Source of the DNA: Eledone cirrhosa
Lineage: Eukaryota
Length of the DNA: 64,000 bases
Direction of reading: 5' to 3'
NCBI GenBank assembly: GCA_964016885.1
Contig: OZ024744.1
Span: 125,116,001-125,180,000 of the forward strand
The notes beneath the pieces are model-generated. The model was not told the DNA's origin. It saw nothing but the letters and a program-made list of their open reading frames with translations, and did no database searches. The first letter of the stretch is position 1, and each line of letters starts with the position of its first letter. A program made the translations under genes and the position numbers. This document shows, piece by piece, positions 1-11,574 of the stretch.

Positions 1-790
1 TTATTAATAACTGCATTGTTTCCTTCCAGGGACTATGTTGAAAAATAAACCTCATTTGGTCATTCCATGAGTGTATCTTGGTCTGCCTATGAACTTTTCA
101 GCTGACCCTATTCAGCATCAGTGAGCCCAAATGCCCCATTATCATCCTGGACACACTTTACCCCAACATCACAATTTGCCCTCACACACTGCCTCACAAT
201 CCTGAACATCTCATGTATTTCATCCTCACATCATAAAACCAACTGAAATTATATATTCTCTGCTTCCCTCCTTGCAAAGAATACTTCTTGCCTAGCTTCC
301 TGTAGTGTACCCTCCAGCTGCCTCCATTCTGCCATTATTCCATGCCTGTCTCTTGGCCTTAACTGTCTCATCTACCCTAGTGTTTCACCACCAAGATACT
401 CTCCTCTCTGAAGCCCTGCTCCAGCCACAGATCTAGTTTGACACCTTCAGCAAAGGTTCTTTAAGGAACTCCCACTGTTCCCCTATATTGTATGTTTCTA
501 TTTGTTCTTCCTTACTGTTGTAAAGATCAAACAAAATATCTCTAAATTTGGAACTGGCTGAGGGGTCCTTTAACTTCCATATCCTTCTCCTCCAAGTTGC
601 CCTCAGTCTTCAAGTTCATCTAAGTCTATGAAATCACTAACTACTGGGTTATGTTGGGAGGTGCATTCTTCCCCAGGGGGTGGGGATTGTGTGTTTACAA
701 ATGTCAATATCTCATCTTCTGGTGAGGATAAAAATCTGACTGGCATGCTCCTCTGACCAATAGGTGTTGAAGTGGTTGTCGGGTAAACGT
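1..790 (-). mobile_element. Degenerate RTE-clade LINE fragment (endonuclease-RT linker region)
   Basis: Continuous with the RT-bearing RTE remnant in the copies at 30050-31735 and 33701-35405. Interrupted by stops and frameshifts. Confidence 0.65.
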
Positions 791-823
791 TAAGACCCTC
801 TGATATACATATATATATATATA

Positions 824-1109
824 CTAGCAGTGGTACCCGGCGTTGCACGGGATAACGTATTTCGGAACGCGGGCCGCCATCTTCCACTTCAGCCGGTCGC
901 CCTAAAGTGTTGGCTATTCAGTCTACTTGAGGCCAGTTGGTGAGGGGGGGTAAAGCTTTCAGTGTGCTACTACCCTCACGGTCAAATAGAAAGGGAGAGG
1001 AAGAAAAGTCAGCGTTAATATCGTGCTACACGTTTGAAAGGTTGGATGACCTTAGAGTTCACCAGGGTGGGGGGTTCTAAAAGTATCTATCTTGGTATTT
1101 TATCTTAGA
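824..1109 (-). mobile_element. Short non-autonomous Helitron
   Basis: Minus strand ends CCCG-TGCAACGC-CGGG hairpin, taccactg, CTAG|T next to an (AT)n tract. Putative 5' end TCTAAGATAAAATACC at 1109 is less certain. Confidence 0.75.
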
Positions 1110-1149
1110 AGTAATCATTACAGAGTGTACTGGGTGTATTTTAGTGGGC

Positions 1150-1960
1150 AGTAATTCCATAAAGAACACAGTATAATCTGTGGACACAAGCCTTGCAGTG
1201 TGATTACAGGCAGGTTAATGGGAAAGATAGATTATATATGTGACATGATGTACATGAGAAGTGAGGACACAGACCACACATGAAATAGATTCCTACAACT
1301 GTCAGGGAGGCTCCCTAGAATTACAGATGACATATTTCAATATCTCGGTGATCAAGTTAGCAGTGGAGGAAGAATCTCTAAAAGTGTAATACCCAGGATA
1401 AGGACAGGCTGGAAGAAGTTTAGAGTACTGTTCCATCTGTTGACAACAAAGGGCTTCTCTCTCAGAATGGAGGCTAGACTGCTTGATACTTATGTGTGGT
1501 CTGCAATCTACACCCCAGCCATGCCCCTTCCACTACCACTCCTTAGCTATTTCTCTCCATTAATACTCCTCACATTTCAAGCAGTTTTCTCATCTCAATG
1601 AAAGAAAAATATTGGGCTCAAGAGAAGTCTTCAGTTATGCCATGGTGTGGCAACCTCCCTAGGGTTGGGCAGAGTGTAAATGAGAGTGAAATTAGGTATG
1701 AGAGGGATCATATGCAGTATACAAGAGAGTAGATTACATTGGTATGGTCATGTGATGGGTATAAAGGATGACAGCTGTATAAAAATGTGCTGGGCAATCA
1801 AAGTTGATGGAAGTTATGAAGGCGGAAGACCCAGGATGACCTGGGATGAGGTGATAAAAGATGACTTTGCACAATTGCAACTCTCAAAGACAATGACACA
1901 GGATAGAGATCTTGAGATGTATGCAGCAATACAGAAGGCCTGCTTTCCAATGTGCACGGA
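1150..1960 (+). mobile_element. Degenerate RTE LINE 3' portion
   Basis: ORF 1680-1991 has the RTE C-terminal motifs RLHWYGHVM and GRPRMTWDEVI. Upstream part is broken. Confidence 0.8.
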
Positions 1961-2044
1961 CTCAAACATACATCTAGTAGGCCCCTCCTAACCACTATAC
2001 TCCTTTCCAAACTCCCACACTCCCACTTCTGTACACACCACCTT

Positions 2045-2612
2045 TAGACTGTAAAGTGGTAGTGTACAAGTCACAACAAAAGCACCCAGTCCACTCTGTA
2101 AAGTTGATGTGTTGGTGTCATAACAAAAGGCACTCAGTCCACTCTGTAAAGAGGTTGTGTAAGTGTCACAACAAAGACATCTAGTCCACACTGTAAAGTG
2201 GTCATGTAGGTGTCACAACAAAAAGTACCAGTCATTATTGTAAAGTGGTTGTATAGGTGTCATAACAAAAAGCACCCAGTCGACACTGTAAAGTGGTTGT
2301 GTAGGTGTCAGAACCAAAAGCACCCAGTCCACCCTGTAAAGTGGTTGTGTAGGTGTCATGATAAAAAGCACCCAGTCCACACAGTAAAGTGGTCATGTAG
2401 GTGTCACTAAAAAAGCACCCAGTCTACTCTGTAAAGTGGTCATGTAGGTGTCATGACAAATAGCACCCAGTCCACCCTGTAAAGTGTTCATGTAGGTGTC
2501 ATGATGGAGAGTAACCAGTCCACAATGTAAAGTAGCCATGTAGCTGTCACAACAAAGCACCCAGTCCACACTGTAAAGTGGTCATGTAGGTGTCATTTCA
2601 AAAAGCACCCAG
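2045..2612 (+). repeat. ~48-bp minisatellite (~12 copies)
   Basis: Repeated aaaagcacccagtccacactgtaaagtggtcatgtaggtgtca. Related motif occurs inverted at 1120-1140, 12920-12940 and 17397-17540. Confidence 0.9.
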
Positions 2613-2690
2613 GTCCATGGCTTGGCCTGCTAACCGACGCTATACCCAAGTCGGTCGCCATGCTTTCCAGCATAGAGTTACGTCTCTTTA

Positions 2691-2812
2691 TGGTCTGAGT
2701 TCAAATCACGCCGAGGTTAACTTTGCCTTTCATCCTTACGGGGTCGATAAAATAAAGCACCAGTAATGTACTGGGGTCGATTTAATCGACTTTCCCCTCC
2801 TCTGCCAAATGA
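2691..2812 (+). mobile_element. tRNA-derived SINE fragment (cephalopod-type)
   Basis: B-box-like gagttcaaatc followed by aactttgcctttcatcc..ggggtcgataaaataaa..ccagt..ctggggtcgat. Related copies at 14335, 17750, 22340(-), 22628 and 29370(-). Confidence 0.8.
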
Positions 2813-2842
2813 CACACACATGCATGGTTCGGGGGAACCTAC

Positions 2843-2890
<48 letters not shown>

Positions 2891-3769
2891 GTAGGTCACT
2901 GGTTGAGTCGGTATTAACCACAGTAACTAAGGTACTCAATACATATTAGATATAGGTGTCTTTCTAATTGCTGGCCTTGTTCATAAGGTATACACAAGTA
3001 TGATGTGTGTCTGTTTAACTGTACGTGTGAAAACATCGCGAAATTGCGCCTTTTAATATTTGAATATAAACAGTTAAAAAATAATTATTTTAGTAATTTT
3101 TAAATATCGATAATGTGTATATAAATATTAGAAATCAATTTAATTAGTTCAGTAACATTACTCGGAGTTAAGATAAACCTTCATTTGAAGAAATTCGAGA
3201 TTTGACCAAATAAATAGATTATGTGATCAATAAAAAAAATATGTATACGCGCTGTGACGACGGGTTGCAGACAGTCAGGCATACAGACACATATTTTAAA
3301 GCGTGCGACGTTAAAAGTCTTACTCTCTCTCTTTTTAGATAGATAGACTTAATTAAAGCAGTTTCACTCTCTCTATATTTCATCAGCTCCCTCTCTCTTA
3401 AATTGAAAGATTCATTAAGGCTGAAATAATCTAAACAGTAACATCATTTTTCGCCAGCTCTAGCTTGCGTCCAGAGATATACACACACATATATATATAT
3501 TTTTTTTGTTATCGAGTTGAGCTTTGCCAAGCATAGAATTCCAAATTTGACCATCTCCACTGAAAATGTTCGTGAAATAGTCTTTAAGAAGCAATTTAAT
3601 TTTTTCCAACTGAAACTGTAAGTATTTTAAAATTTATTTCAACATGGTCTTAAAAGATTGTTGGCTTTTTTTAAATTCATAACTATTTACTATGAAATAT
3701 AAATTATTAAATCCAATTTATTTGATAACCATGATTTGATTTTATAATTACCTGAATCACGTTAACATG

Positions 3770-3814
<45 letters not shown>

Positions 3815-4074
3815 GTGTGTGTATATATATATATATATAATAATTGTTTCTACGTTACGCAGTGTATTACTGGTACTGTATTTTACGATATTAAATATTA
3901 AATATTAACTATTAGATATTAAATATTAAATATTAGATATTAGATATTAAATATTAAATATTAAATATGATATCCCTGAAATATATATAATGAAATAAAT
4001 ATGGTTTTATAAATGTAATTTCCATTTGTTTAATATCAAATATATATATATATATATATATGTATTTATGTATA

Positions 4075-4132
<58 letters not shown>

Positions 4133-4360
4133 GCAGACACAGACACAGAATATCGTATATATCACACACACACACAATTAAGACTTGACGTGTTGCAGAC
4201 AGCCAGACATACAGAGAGATATTTTAAAGCGTGCGACCTTACATTTCTTACTCTTTCTCTTATCAAAAGAGAAAGAGTAATGCTAACACTTACGTCTACT
4301 TCACGCTCTCTTGAACCGTTACAGAAATTGCATCACATCTAATTATAACTTTGTACGTTT

Positions 4361-4985
<625 letters not shown>

Positions 4986-5265
4986 TAATAATAATAATAA
5001 TAATGAAATGATTGTGTACAGTGCTCAGGTGCACTACAACTCATCAAAGGTGCATGTATAGTACATAGAATAATGTACAAATGTCAGGAAAATAAACAGT
5101 GTATGAGTCATGATATAATAACAATAACAATAATGAAATATTGTGCACAGTGCCCAGGTGCACCACAACCCATCAAAAAAGTGCATGTACAGTACATAGG
5201 GCAATGCACAAACATCAGTAAAATGAACAGTGCACACATGTGTGCATGTGTATGGAAGGGGCACA

Positions 5266-8031
5266 TCAGGTGTAGTTTTGGCGTATTTCGGGAAGCATGA
5301 GTGTCTTAAAGGATGCAGTGTCTCGGCAGCTAACAATTGACGCAGGCAGTTTGTTCCATGTTTCAGCAACTCTGAGCGTGAAAAAATGTCTGCGAAAGTC
5401 ATGGGAGCTGTGCTGTTTTCTTATCTTGTAGGCATGTCCACGTGTGTTAGACACATGGAGATCAAAGAGGCGCTCAGGGTTGCAGTTGGCGAGATGGTTA
5501 AAAACTTTGTGGGTATTCACCAAGTCCACTGCCAGATGTCGGAGCTTCAATGAATCCATGCCCAGGGAAGCAAGGCGTTCAGAGTATGGTAGGTGTCTGA
5601 TGGAGGGTATGCGCTTGGTTGCACGTCTCTGAACAGCTTCCAGGAGGTCAATGTTCCGAGCAAGATAGGGGTTCCAGACTGATGATGCGAATTCCAAGTG
5701 TGGTCGCACCATAGCTGTATACAGTTTTAAATAGATGGCTGGAGAGCGGCTAACAAAGGTCTTGCTGAGTGATGCCAAGACACCCTCGGCCTTCTTGACA
5801 ATCTTAGAGACATGCTTTGTCCAACGCAAATCGTTGCCGACAGTAATGCCCAGGTCACGTTCACAAGAGGACTTTTTGATGTCAGTGTTGTGGAGGGAGT
5901 ATGTGGACGCTGGATTTTTCCTTCCAAAATGCATGGTGGTACACTTGTCCACAGCCAGCTTCAGTTGCCAGTCTGTGATCCATTGCTGCATTGTGTCCAG
6001 GTCTGATTTTAGGAAAGAGTTGTAAATTTCAGGATCAGTCCTTTTGATTTCAAGGTACAGCTTGATGTCATCTGCATATTTTAGTACCGTGGCATTCTGT
6101 AAGTTGGCATCTATGTCATTAATATATGCCACAAACAAAAGAGGACCAAGAACAGATCCCTGTGGTACACCAGATGACATCTCATATGGTGAAGAATGCT
6201 GTCCTAGAACCGTGACTACTTTCCTTCGGCTGAGAATGAAGGATTTCAGCCAGTCGAAAAGATCATCCCTCACACCCATTGCAGAGAGTTTTGCCATAAG
6301 TCTTTTGTGTGGCACAGAATTAAAAGCCTTAGCAAAGTCAAGGTAAACAACATCCACCCATGAGCCGCTGTCAGTGATCCGGGTGATGTCCTCAAGGAAC
6401 TCGATAAGCTGATCACAGCAGCTGGAGTTAGGGATAAATCCAAACTGTGAGGGCCGGATGAGGCTGTGAGAGCTCCAGAAGTTCCAAAGTGTTTCTCTGA
6501 CACAGGATTCCATCAGTTTGGCCATACAGCTAGTAAGACTGACTGGACGATAGTTGACAGGTGACATGCGGTTGCCCTTTTTGAACAGGGGAATGACACT
6601 GGCAGTTTTCCACTGCTCCGGAGTAGCACCATTGCTGAGACAGTATTGAAAGAAAAAAGAAAGCTGGCGCAAAAGGAAATCCCCGCCACGTTTGAGAAGC
6701 AGGTATGTCACACCATCAAGACCAGGGGAGGCATAGTTGCGCTTATTCTTAAGGTGACGTCGCAACATTGCAGGTGTAAATTCCATAGTTGTTATGGAAT
6801 TTGATGTTAGAGATGGTGGAGATGGTACATTCTGGTTTTCAACAGTAAAAATACGTGCATAGCACTCAGCAATGAGTTCTGCGCATTCCTTGGGATCGTC
6901 AGTGATCTGGCTTGTGTGGGGATTGCGAAGAGGACCAACTGGAGAGTGAGGTCTCTGCTTTGAATGAACATATTTCCAGAACACCTTACTGTCAGGATTG
7001 GTTGCGATGCACTGTTCAAATTCAAGCACTGCCTTCTTTGTCACTTGCTTGAGATGGTTAGAAGATTTATTCCGCTTTTTTCTGTTGGCATCTGATCTAT
7101 GCAGTTTATATTCCCGTTCAGCGTTCCGACGTTCTTTCCTGGCAAGTCGGACTGCTGAAGTTTCCCAGATTGCACTTTTGGGGTGGTTATTTTTCCGCTT
7201 CCGTGTCACTGATGCTGCACACGCTATCCATATTGAGTCCAGGATGCTCTGGAGTATAGAGTTCACATCTCCAGAGTTATACATCTCATGCCAGTTTGGG
7301 CGCTGTAGCTCAGTGCAGTACAAGTTCCAATCCGCCCTCTTCCAATCAAAGCAAGCAGATTGGAGATGGCTCTGGTTTTTGTTGCTGCCCTCAAGTGCCA
7401 GATTGGCAATGATCATAGCATGATCAGAGTCGCCTAGAGGTTCCTCAGTAGTACAACTGATAACCACTTCAGGAGTAGTGGTGAAGATCAGGTCCAAAGT
7501 GTTGTCACCTCTTGTTGGAGAGGTGACTACTTGTGACCAGTTTGAGTCCAGCACTAGTTCAAGGAAATCGTTTGCACCCTGTGGCCAACGAAAGGTTTCC
7601 CAATCGATCTCAGGATGATTGAAGTCACCTGCAATAAACACATAAGTGGCTGTTTTCTTGGCAGCAACTCTGAGGATATCGCAAAGCTGTGTGTCCTGAT
7701 GGTAGTTTGGGGGGCGATAAACAACACCAAGCAGAAGTGTTGACATGGTCATACGTATGTCACAGAAAAAAACTTCTTCCTGTGATTCGTTCAAATCAAC
7801 GCAAGGAATTACCGAAAAGTTTGAACGAACGTAGACCATCACACCACCACCACGGCGGTTAATGCGGTCCTTGCGGAAAAGGTTGTACCCAGTAATGGTG
7901 AAAACCCCATCACAGAGTAAGGAATGTGCCCATGTTTCCGTGACTGTGATGAAGTCAGGGTCGATGCTTCTGACGTAGGATTCGAACAGATGTATCTTGT
8001 TGCATAAACTGCGAGCATTTAAGGACAACAA
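5266..8031 (-). CDS. CR1-clade ORF2: AP-endonuclease plus reverse transcriptase (921 aa)
   Basis: APE motifs NARS, TETW, YRPP, GDFN, SDH. RT motifs YRPVSLTS, QFGF, YLDFAKAF, GVPQGS, YADD. CR1-type C-terminus TRGH..FFTLRVAETWNKLP. The annotated start is TTG and the frame is open further upstream. Confidence 0.95.
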   Translation of the reverse strand: MLSLNARSLCNKIHLFESYVRSIDPDFITVTETWAHSLLCDGVFTITGYNLFRKDRINRRGGGVMVYVRSNFSVIPCVDLNESQEEVFFCDIRMTMSTLLLGVVYRPPNYHQDTQLCDILRVAAKKTATYVFIAGDFNHPEIDWETFRWPQGANDFLELVLDSNWSQVVTSPTRGDNTLDLIFTTTPEVVISCTTEEPLGDSDHAMIIANLALEGSNKNQSHLQSACFDWKRADWNLYCTELQRPNWHEMYNSGDVNSILQSILDSIWIACAASVTRKRKNNHPKSAIWETSAVRLARKERRNAEREYKLHRSDANRKKRNKSSNHLKQVTKKAVLEFEQCIATNPDSKVFWKYVHSKQRPHSPVGPLRNPHTSQITDDPKECAELIAECYARIFTVENQNVPSPPSLTSNSITTMEFTPAMLRRHLKNKRNYASPGLDGVTYLLLKRGGDFLLRQLSFFFQYCLSNGATPEQWKTASVIPLFKKGNRMSPVNYRPVSLTSCMAKLMESCVRETLWNFWSSHSLIRPSQFGFIPNSSCCDQLIEFLEDITRITDSGSWVDVVYLDFAKAFNSVPHKRLMAKLSAMGVRDDLFDWLKSFILSRRKVVTVLGQHSSPYEMSSGVPQGSVLGPLLFVAYINDIDANLQNATVLKYADDIKLYLEIKRTDPEIYNSFLKSDLDTMQQWITDWQLKLAVDKCTTMHFGRKNPASTYSLHNTDIKKSSCERDLGITVGNDLRWTKHVSKIVKKAEGVLASLSKTFVSRSPAIYLKLYTAMVRPHLEFASSVWNPYLARNIDLLEAVQRRATKRIPSIRHLPYSERLASLGMDSLKLRHLAVDLVNTHKVFNHLANCNPERLFDLHVSNTRGHAYKIRKQHSSHDFRRHFFTLRVAETWNKLPASIVSCRDTASFKTLMLPEIRQNYT

Positions 8032-8087
8032 TTTGTACCCTGCTCGCAGTCTATGATGGTGTGTAGAGGGTGGCAGGTTGTTCTGGT

Positions 8088-8241
8088 TTAGTTTCCCAGA
8101 GTTGTAGCAGTTTTTACATTGCCAGTTATTGTGGGTAGATCACACTCAGACCAGCTGGTATCTCTCTTCCACGTTTCACCCGCCTTGACAAACCTCCAGA
8201 TCTGCCCATCATCACGCAGACTGAAACTTTCATCTTGTGCT
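8088..8241 (-). pseudogene. Probable C-terminal remnant of CR1 ORF1
   Basis: Non-repetitive ~50 codons (TAQDESF...TTLGN*) ending just upstream of ORF2 and truncated by the microsatellite. Confidence 0.55.
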
Positions 8242-8305
8242 GTATATATATATATATACACACGTGTGTGTGTATTTATGTATATATATATATATACACA
8301 CACAC

Positions 8306-8347
<42 letters not shown>

Positions 8348-8462
8348 GTGTGTGTGTGTATATATATTTATATATATATACACACACGTGTGTGTATATA
8401 TATATATATATATACACGTGTGTGTGTATTTATATATATATATATATACACACACACGTGTG

Positions 8463-8493
<31 letters not shown>

Positions 8494-8512
8494 GTGTGTG
8501 TATATATATATA
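8242..8512. repeat. Compound (TA)n-(CA)nCG(TG)n microsatellite, 5' flank of CR1
   Basis: Directly visible. Confidence 0.95.
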
Positions 8513-8881
8513 TCTGTCTCTCTCCCTGTCTCTCACTCTCCCTCTATCCCCCCTCTCTCTCTCTGTCTCTCTCTCCCCCCCCCTCTCTCTCTCTAGTAGT
8601 AGAGAGAGACAAAGAGAGAGAGATATAAACGTATAACCCTAACCAAACCCTAACCCAACCCTAACCCCAACCCTAACCCTAACCTAACCCTAACCCATCT
8701 CTCTCTCTCTCTCACCCCCTCTCTCTCTCTCTAGTAGTAGAGAGAGAGACAAAGAGAGAGAGAGATATAAACGTATAACCCTAACCCAACCCTAACCTCT
8801 CTCTCTCTTCTCTCTCTCTCTCTCCCCTCTCTCTCTCTATTCCCCCCTCTCTATTTCCCCCCCCCCTCTCTCTCTAGTAGT

Positions 8882-8912
<31 letters not shown>

Positions 8913-8997
8913 TATAAACGTATAACCCTAACCCAACCCTAACCCTAACCCAACCCCAACCCTAACCCATCTCTCTCTCTCTCTCTCTCTCTCTCTT
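8513..8997. repeat. Three compound units of (CT)n-AGTAGT-(AG)n plus telomere-like (CCCTAA/CCCAA)n
   Basis: ctctctagtagtagagagag..gatataaacgtataaccctaacc is repeated at ~8590, ~8728 and ~8870. Confidence 0.9.
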
Positions 8998-9134
8998 TGT
9001 TTTTAACATTGTTTTGTTTTTCTTTTCTTTTCTTATTCAGATGACAAACGGCAGAGGATACAACAGAAGAAAAGAACAAAGATAATTATTATTATTATTA
9101 CTATTATTATTTGTTTTATTATAATCAAAATATG

Positions 9135-9485
9135 CTGTTAGTTAGATCTGCATTGCGTACATTTTATATAATTTATGCCAGTTCCTTTTCTGCATATCGA
9201 ACATGGCCATTTCCCTGACGGAATAGAGTTTTGTCCTCTTTCGTGACACAAAGTACAGCCAGCGGCATCATTGCGGACAGACTTAATCCCGAATTGCACT
9301 GACACACTGCCTCGCAATACGGAACACCGCACGTCTTTGATCTTCTTCCCGTCGATCAGCCTCCTTGCCATGCTAAGTACACCTGACGTCTAGCTTCTCT
9401 CTTAGCGGCGGCTTTATATTCTTCTCTACTCCCACTAATTTTCCAAGCATTCCATGCTAGCCTTTAGTCTCCAATGGCCCGATCT
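9135..9485 (-). mobile_element. RTE LINE fragments (zinc-finger-like region and 3' end)
   Basis: SGKWPCSICRKG motif in ORF 9138-9371. Duplicated at 11040-11415. Confidence 0.7.
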
Positions 9486-9599
9486 ACCGTGCTGTCCCAC
9501 CACCATGTCACTCTCTGTCTGGTTGGAACTCTGATCCAGCCACAAGTTTAATCAGTAGCCTGCAATAAGTTGTCACATAAGAAAATCGAGTTCTCATGT

Positions 9600-10180
9600 A
9601 TGTCATACGACTGTGAATCGTCTTCTTTTTCGTCATACACATATTGAAGGGCTTTCCTAAATTTCTATTTTAGTGAAATCTCTTTTAGCTTCCAGACCTT
9701 TCTTTTTTCCACATCTTCCTGTATGTCTCAATCATACCTGGAGCTGTCCAACATGACCATTGAAATCCCCTGCTAGCATAACGATGTCTCCGTCCTGTCA
9801 TTGTGGCTGTTTGTAAAAATTGCTTGTAAATGAAGTCTTTCTTTTCTTTACCTAGCAGAAGCAATTAACACTAACCCAACTGTAACACTAACCCTAACAC
9901 TAACTTATGCAGGCCTAGGTAAAGACAAGAAAGATAAAACAAGGAGTGATGCTTCTTGAATTTTGTGATGCAAGTGTTTTAACCATTTGCAAAACCAACT
10001 TCCACAAACCTGCCTCACTGCCGCCTAATAACCTACAAATCAGGCAAGCACAGAAGCCGGATTTCTCGGTAGTTAGGCAGCGAGACAGACAGATGGGGTG
10101 TGAAGTACCAGGGTGTGCCCCGGGGAGGAATGTTTCCCACAGCGTGGGTTGGTTGTTGGTGATGTCTCGGTTATCTTGAG
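9600..10180. mobile_element. RTE endonuclease-domain scraps in both orientations
   Basis: Minus strand has a GDFNGHVG-like segment at ~9750-9775. Plus strand has LLEFCDASVLTICKTNFHK at 9946. Confidence 0.6.
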
Positions 10181-10575
10181 ACGGAGTGAGACGTGCAGGA
10201 ATACTCTCACGGAATCGCCAAATGAGGTTTATTTTTCAACATAGTCCCTGGAATGAAACAATGTGGTTATTAAGAAGAATTGAAATTAATGTAAGATTTC
10301 ACAGATCTATGATCAATCCTTCACAGTCAGCTTACAAAGTTTTCAGCCAAACCTTGTGTATTTCCAACATTTCAAACCCTATCTAGGACTACATTATCTA
10401 ATGTACAGTACAGTAGTTAGTATTAGTGGCTATCAGACATAGTGTATCTAAATGCAACATTTTTAACATTGTTTTTTTTTTCTTTTCTTTTCTTTTCTTA
10501 TTCAGATGACAGACGGCAGAGGATACAATAGAAGAAAAGAACAATGATAATTATTATTATTATTATTGTTGTTAT

Positions 10576-10969
10576 TCCTTGAATCTCAGTCATTGATGTT
10601 GGTTAACTGGAAAGTCCGTTGGAATGAATATCAAGCCACTACCTGCAGCCTCAGATATTCAGGACGTATCGGAGGGTTCTTGCTGTTCCAAGCAAGCATG
10701 CCTTTTGAAGCGTTCCAAAAAGCGTGAAGGGGCCGATTTTCTTTAACCATCCCTGGAAACTTTTGGAGATGGACAAAAAACTGGAACACAATAGACCTGA
10801 CCTGGTGGTTGTGGACAAAGAAAAAAGATCGTGTCTGATTGTGGATGTGGCCTGCCCGTTCAACACGAGAGTGCAAGAGAAGGAGAGGGAGAAAATTAAC
10901 CGATACCAGGACCTAAAGTGGGAGGTGAAAAGGATTTGGAACTTCCATGAAGTCAAAGTGATCCCGATT
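10576..10969 (-). mobile_element. R4/Dong-like RLE non-LTR retrotransposon 3' end, 5'-truncated and 5'-inverted, within (TAA)n
   Basis: Minus strand reads ISKSFQGWLKKIG..LQKACLLGTARTLRYVLNI* plus 3' UTR. Plus strand reads HNRPDLVVVDKE..CLIVDVACPF..EKINRYQDL (PD-(D/E)xK RLE). (ATT)n on both sides. Confidence 0.85.
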
Positions 10970-10970
10970 G

Positions 10971-11011
<41 letters not shown>

Positions 11012-11039
11012 TATTATTTGTTTTATTATAATCAAAATA

Positions 11040-11570
11040 TGCTGTTAGTTAGATCTGCATTGTGTACATTTTATATAATTTATGCCAGTTCCTTTTCTAC
11101 ATATCGAACATGGCCATTTCCCTGACGGAATAGAGTTTTGTCCTCTTTTCTACTCATCAACACTCATTCGTGACACAAAGTACAGCCAGCGGCATCATTG
11201 CGGACAGACTTAATCCTGATTTGCACTGACACACTGCCTCGCAATACGGAACACCGCACGTCTTTGATCTTCTTCCCGTCGATCAGCCTCCTTGCCATGC
11301 AAAGTACACCTGACGTCTAGCTTCTCTCTTAGCGGCGGCGGCTGTATATTCTTCTCTACTCCCACTAATTTTCCAAGCATTCCATGCTAGTCTTTAGTCT
11401 CCAATGGCCCGATCTACAGTTTCTGTCTCAACTCGTCTATGCTTGGTCGTTCCCGCACATTGACATTGCACATCCAACGGAGCATGCTTGCTTCATTTCT
11501 CTCCAGCCGTCGCATGTCCTCTGCAGTTGCTGCCCGTGTCTCACTACCATGCAGCATCGCGCATCTAAAC
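11040..11570 (-). mobile_element. RTE LINE 3' fragment
   Basis: AMLHGSET..EDMRRLERNEASMLRWMCNV in ORF 11414-11710. Confidence 0.8.
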
Positions 11571-11574
11571 CTGG

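Larger units (their letters stand above)
4986..8241 (-). mobile_element. 5'-truncated CR1-clade LINE with intact ORF2, 3' UTR and (TTA)n tail
   Basis: Tail at 4986-5003, 3' UTR to 5265, ORF2 5266-8031, ORF1 C-terminal remnant 8088-8241. Both ends abut the same microsatellite. Confidence 0.92.

Noticed and set aside
603-887. 94-aa ORF present three times
   Set aside because: It spans a Helitron end, an (AT)n tract and RTE debris. Its recurrence reflects the duplications, not coding conservation.
8630-8970. True chromosome end
   Set aside because: The CCCTAA-like tracts are short, degenerate, internal and duplicated with the macro-unit.
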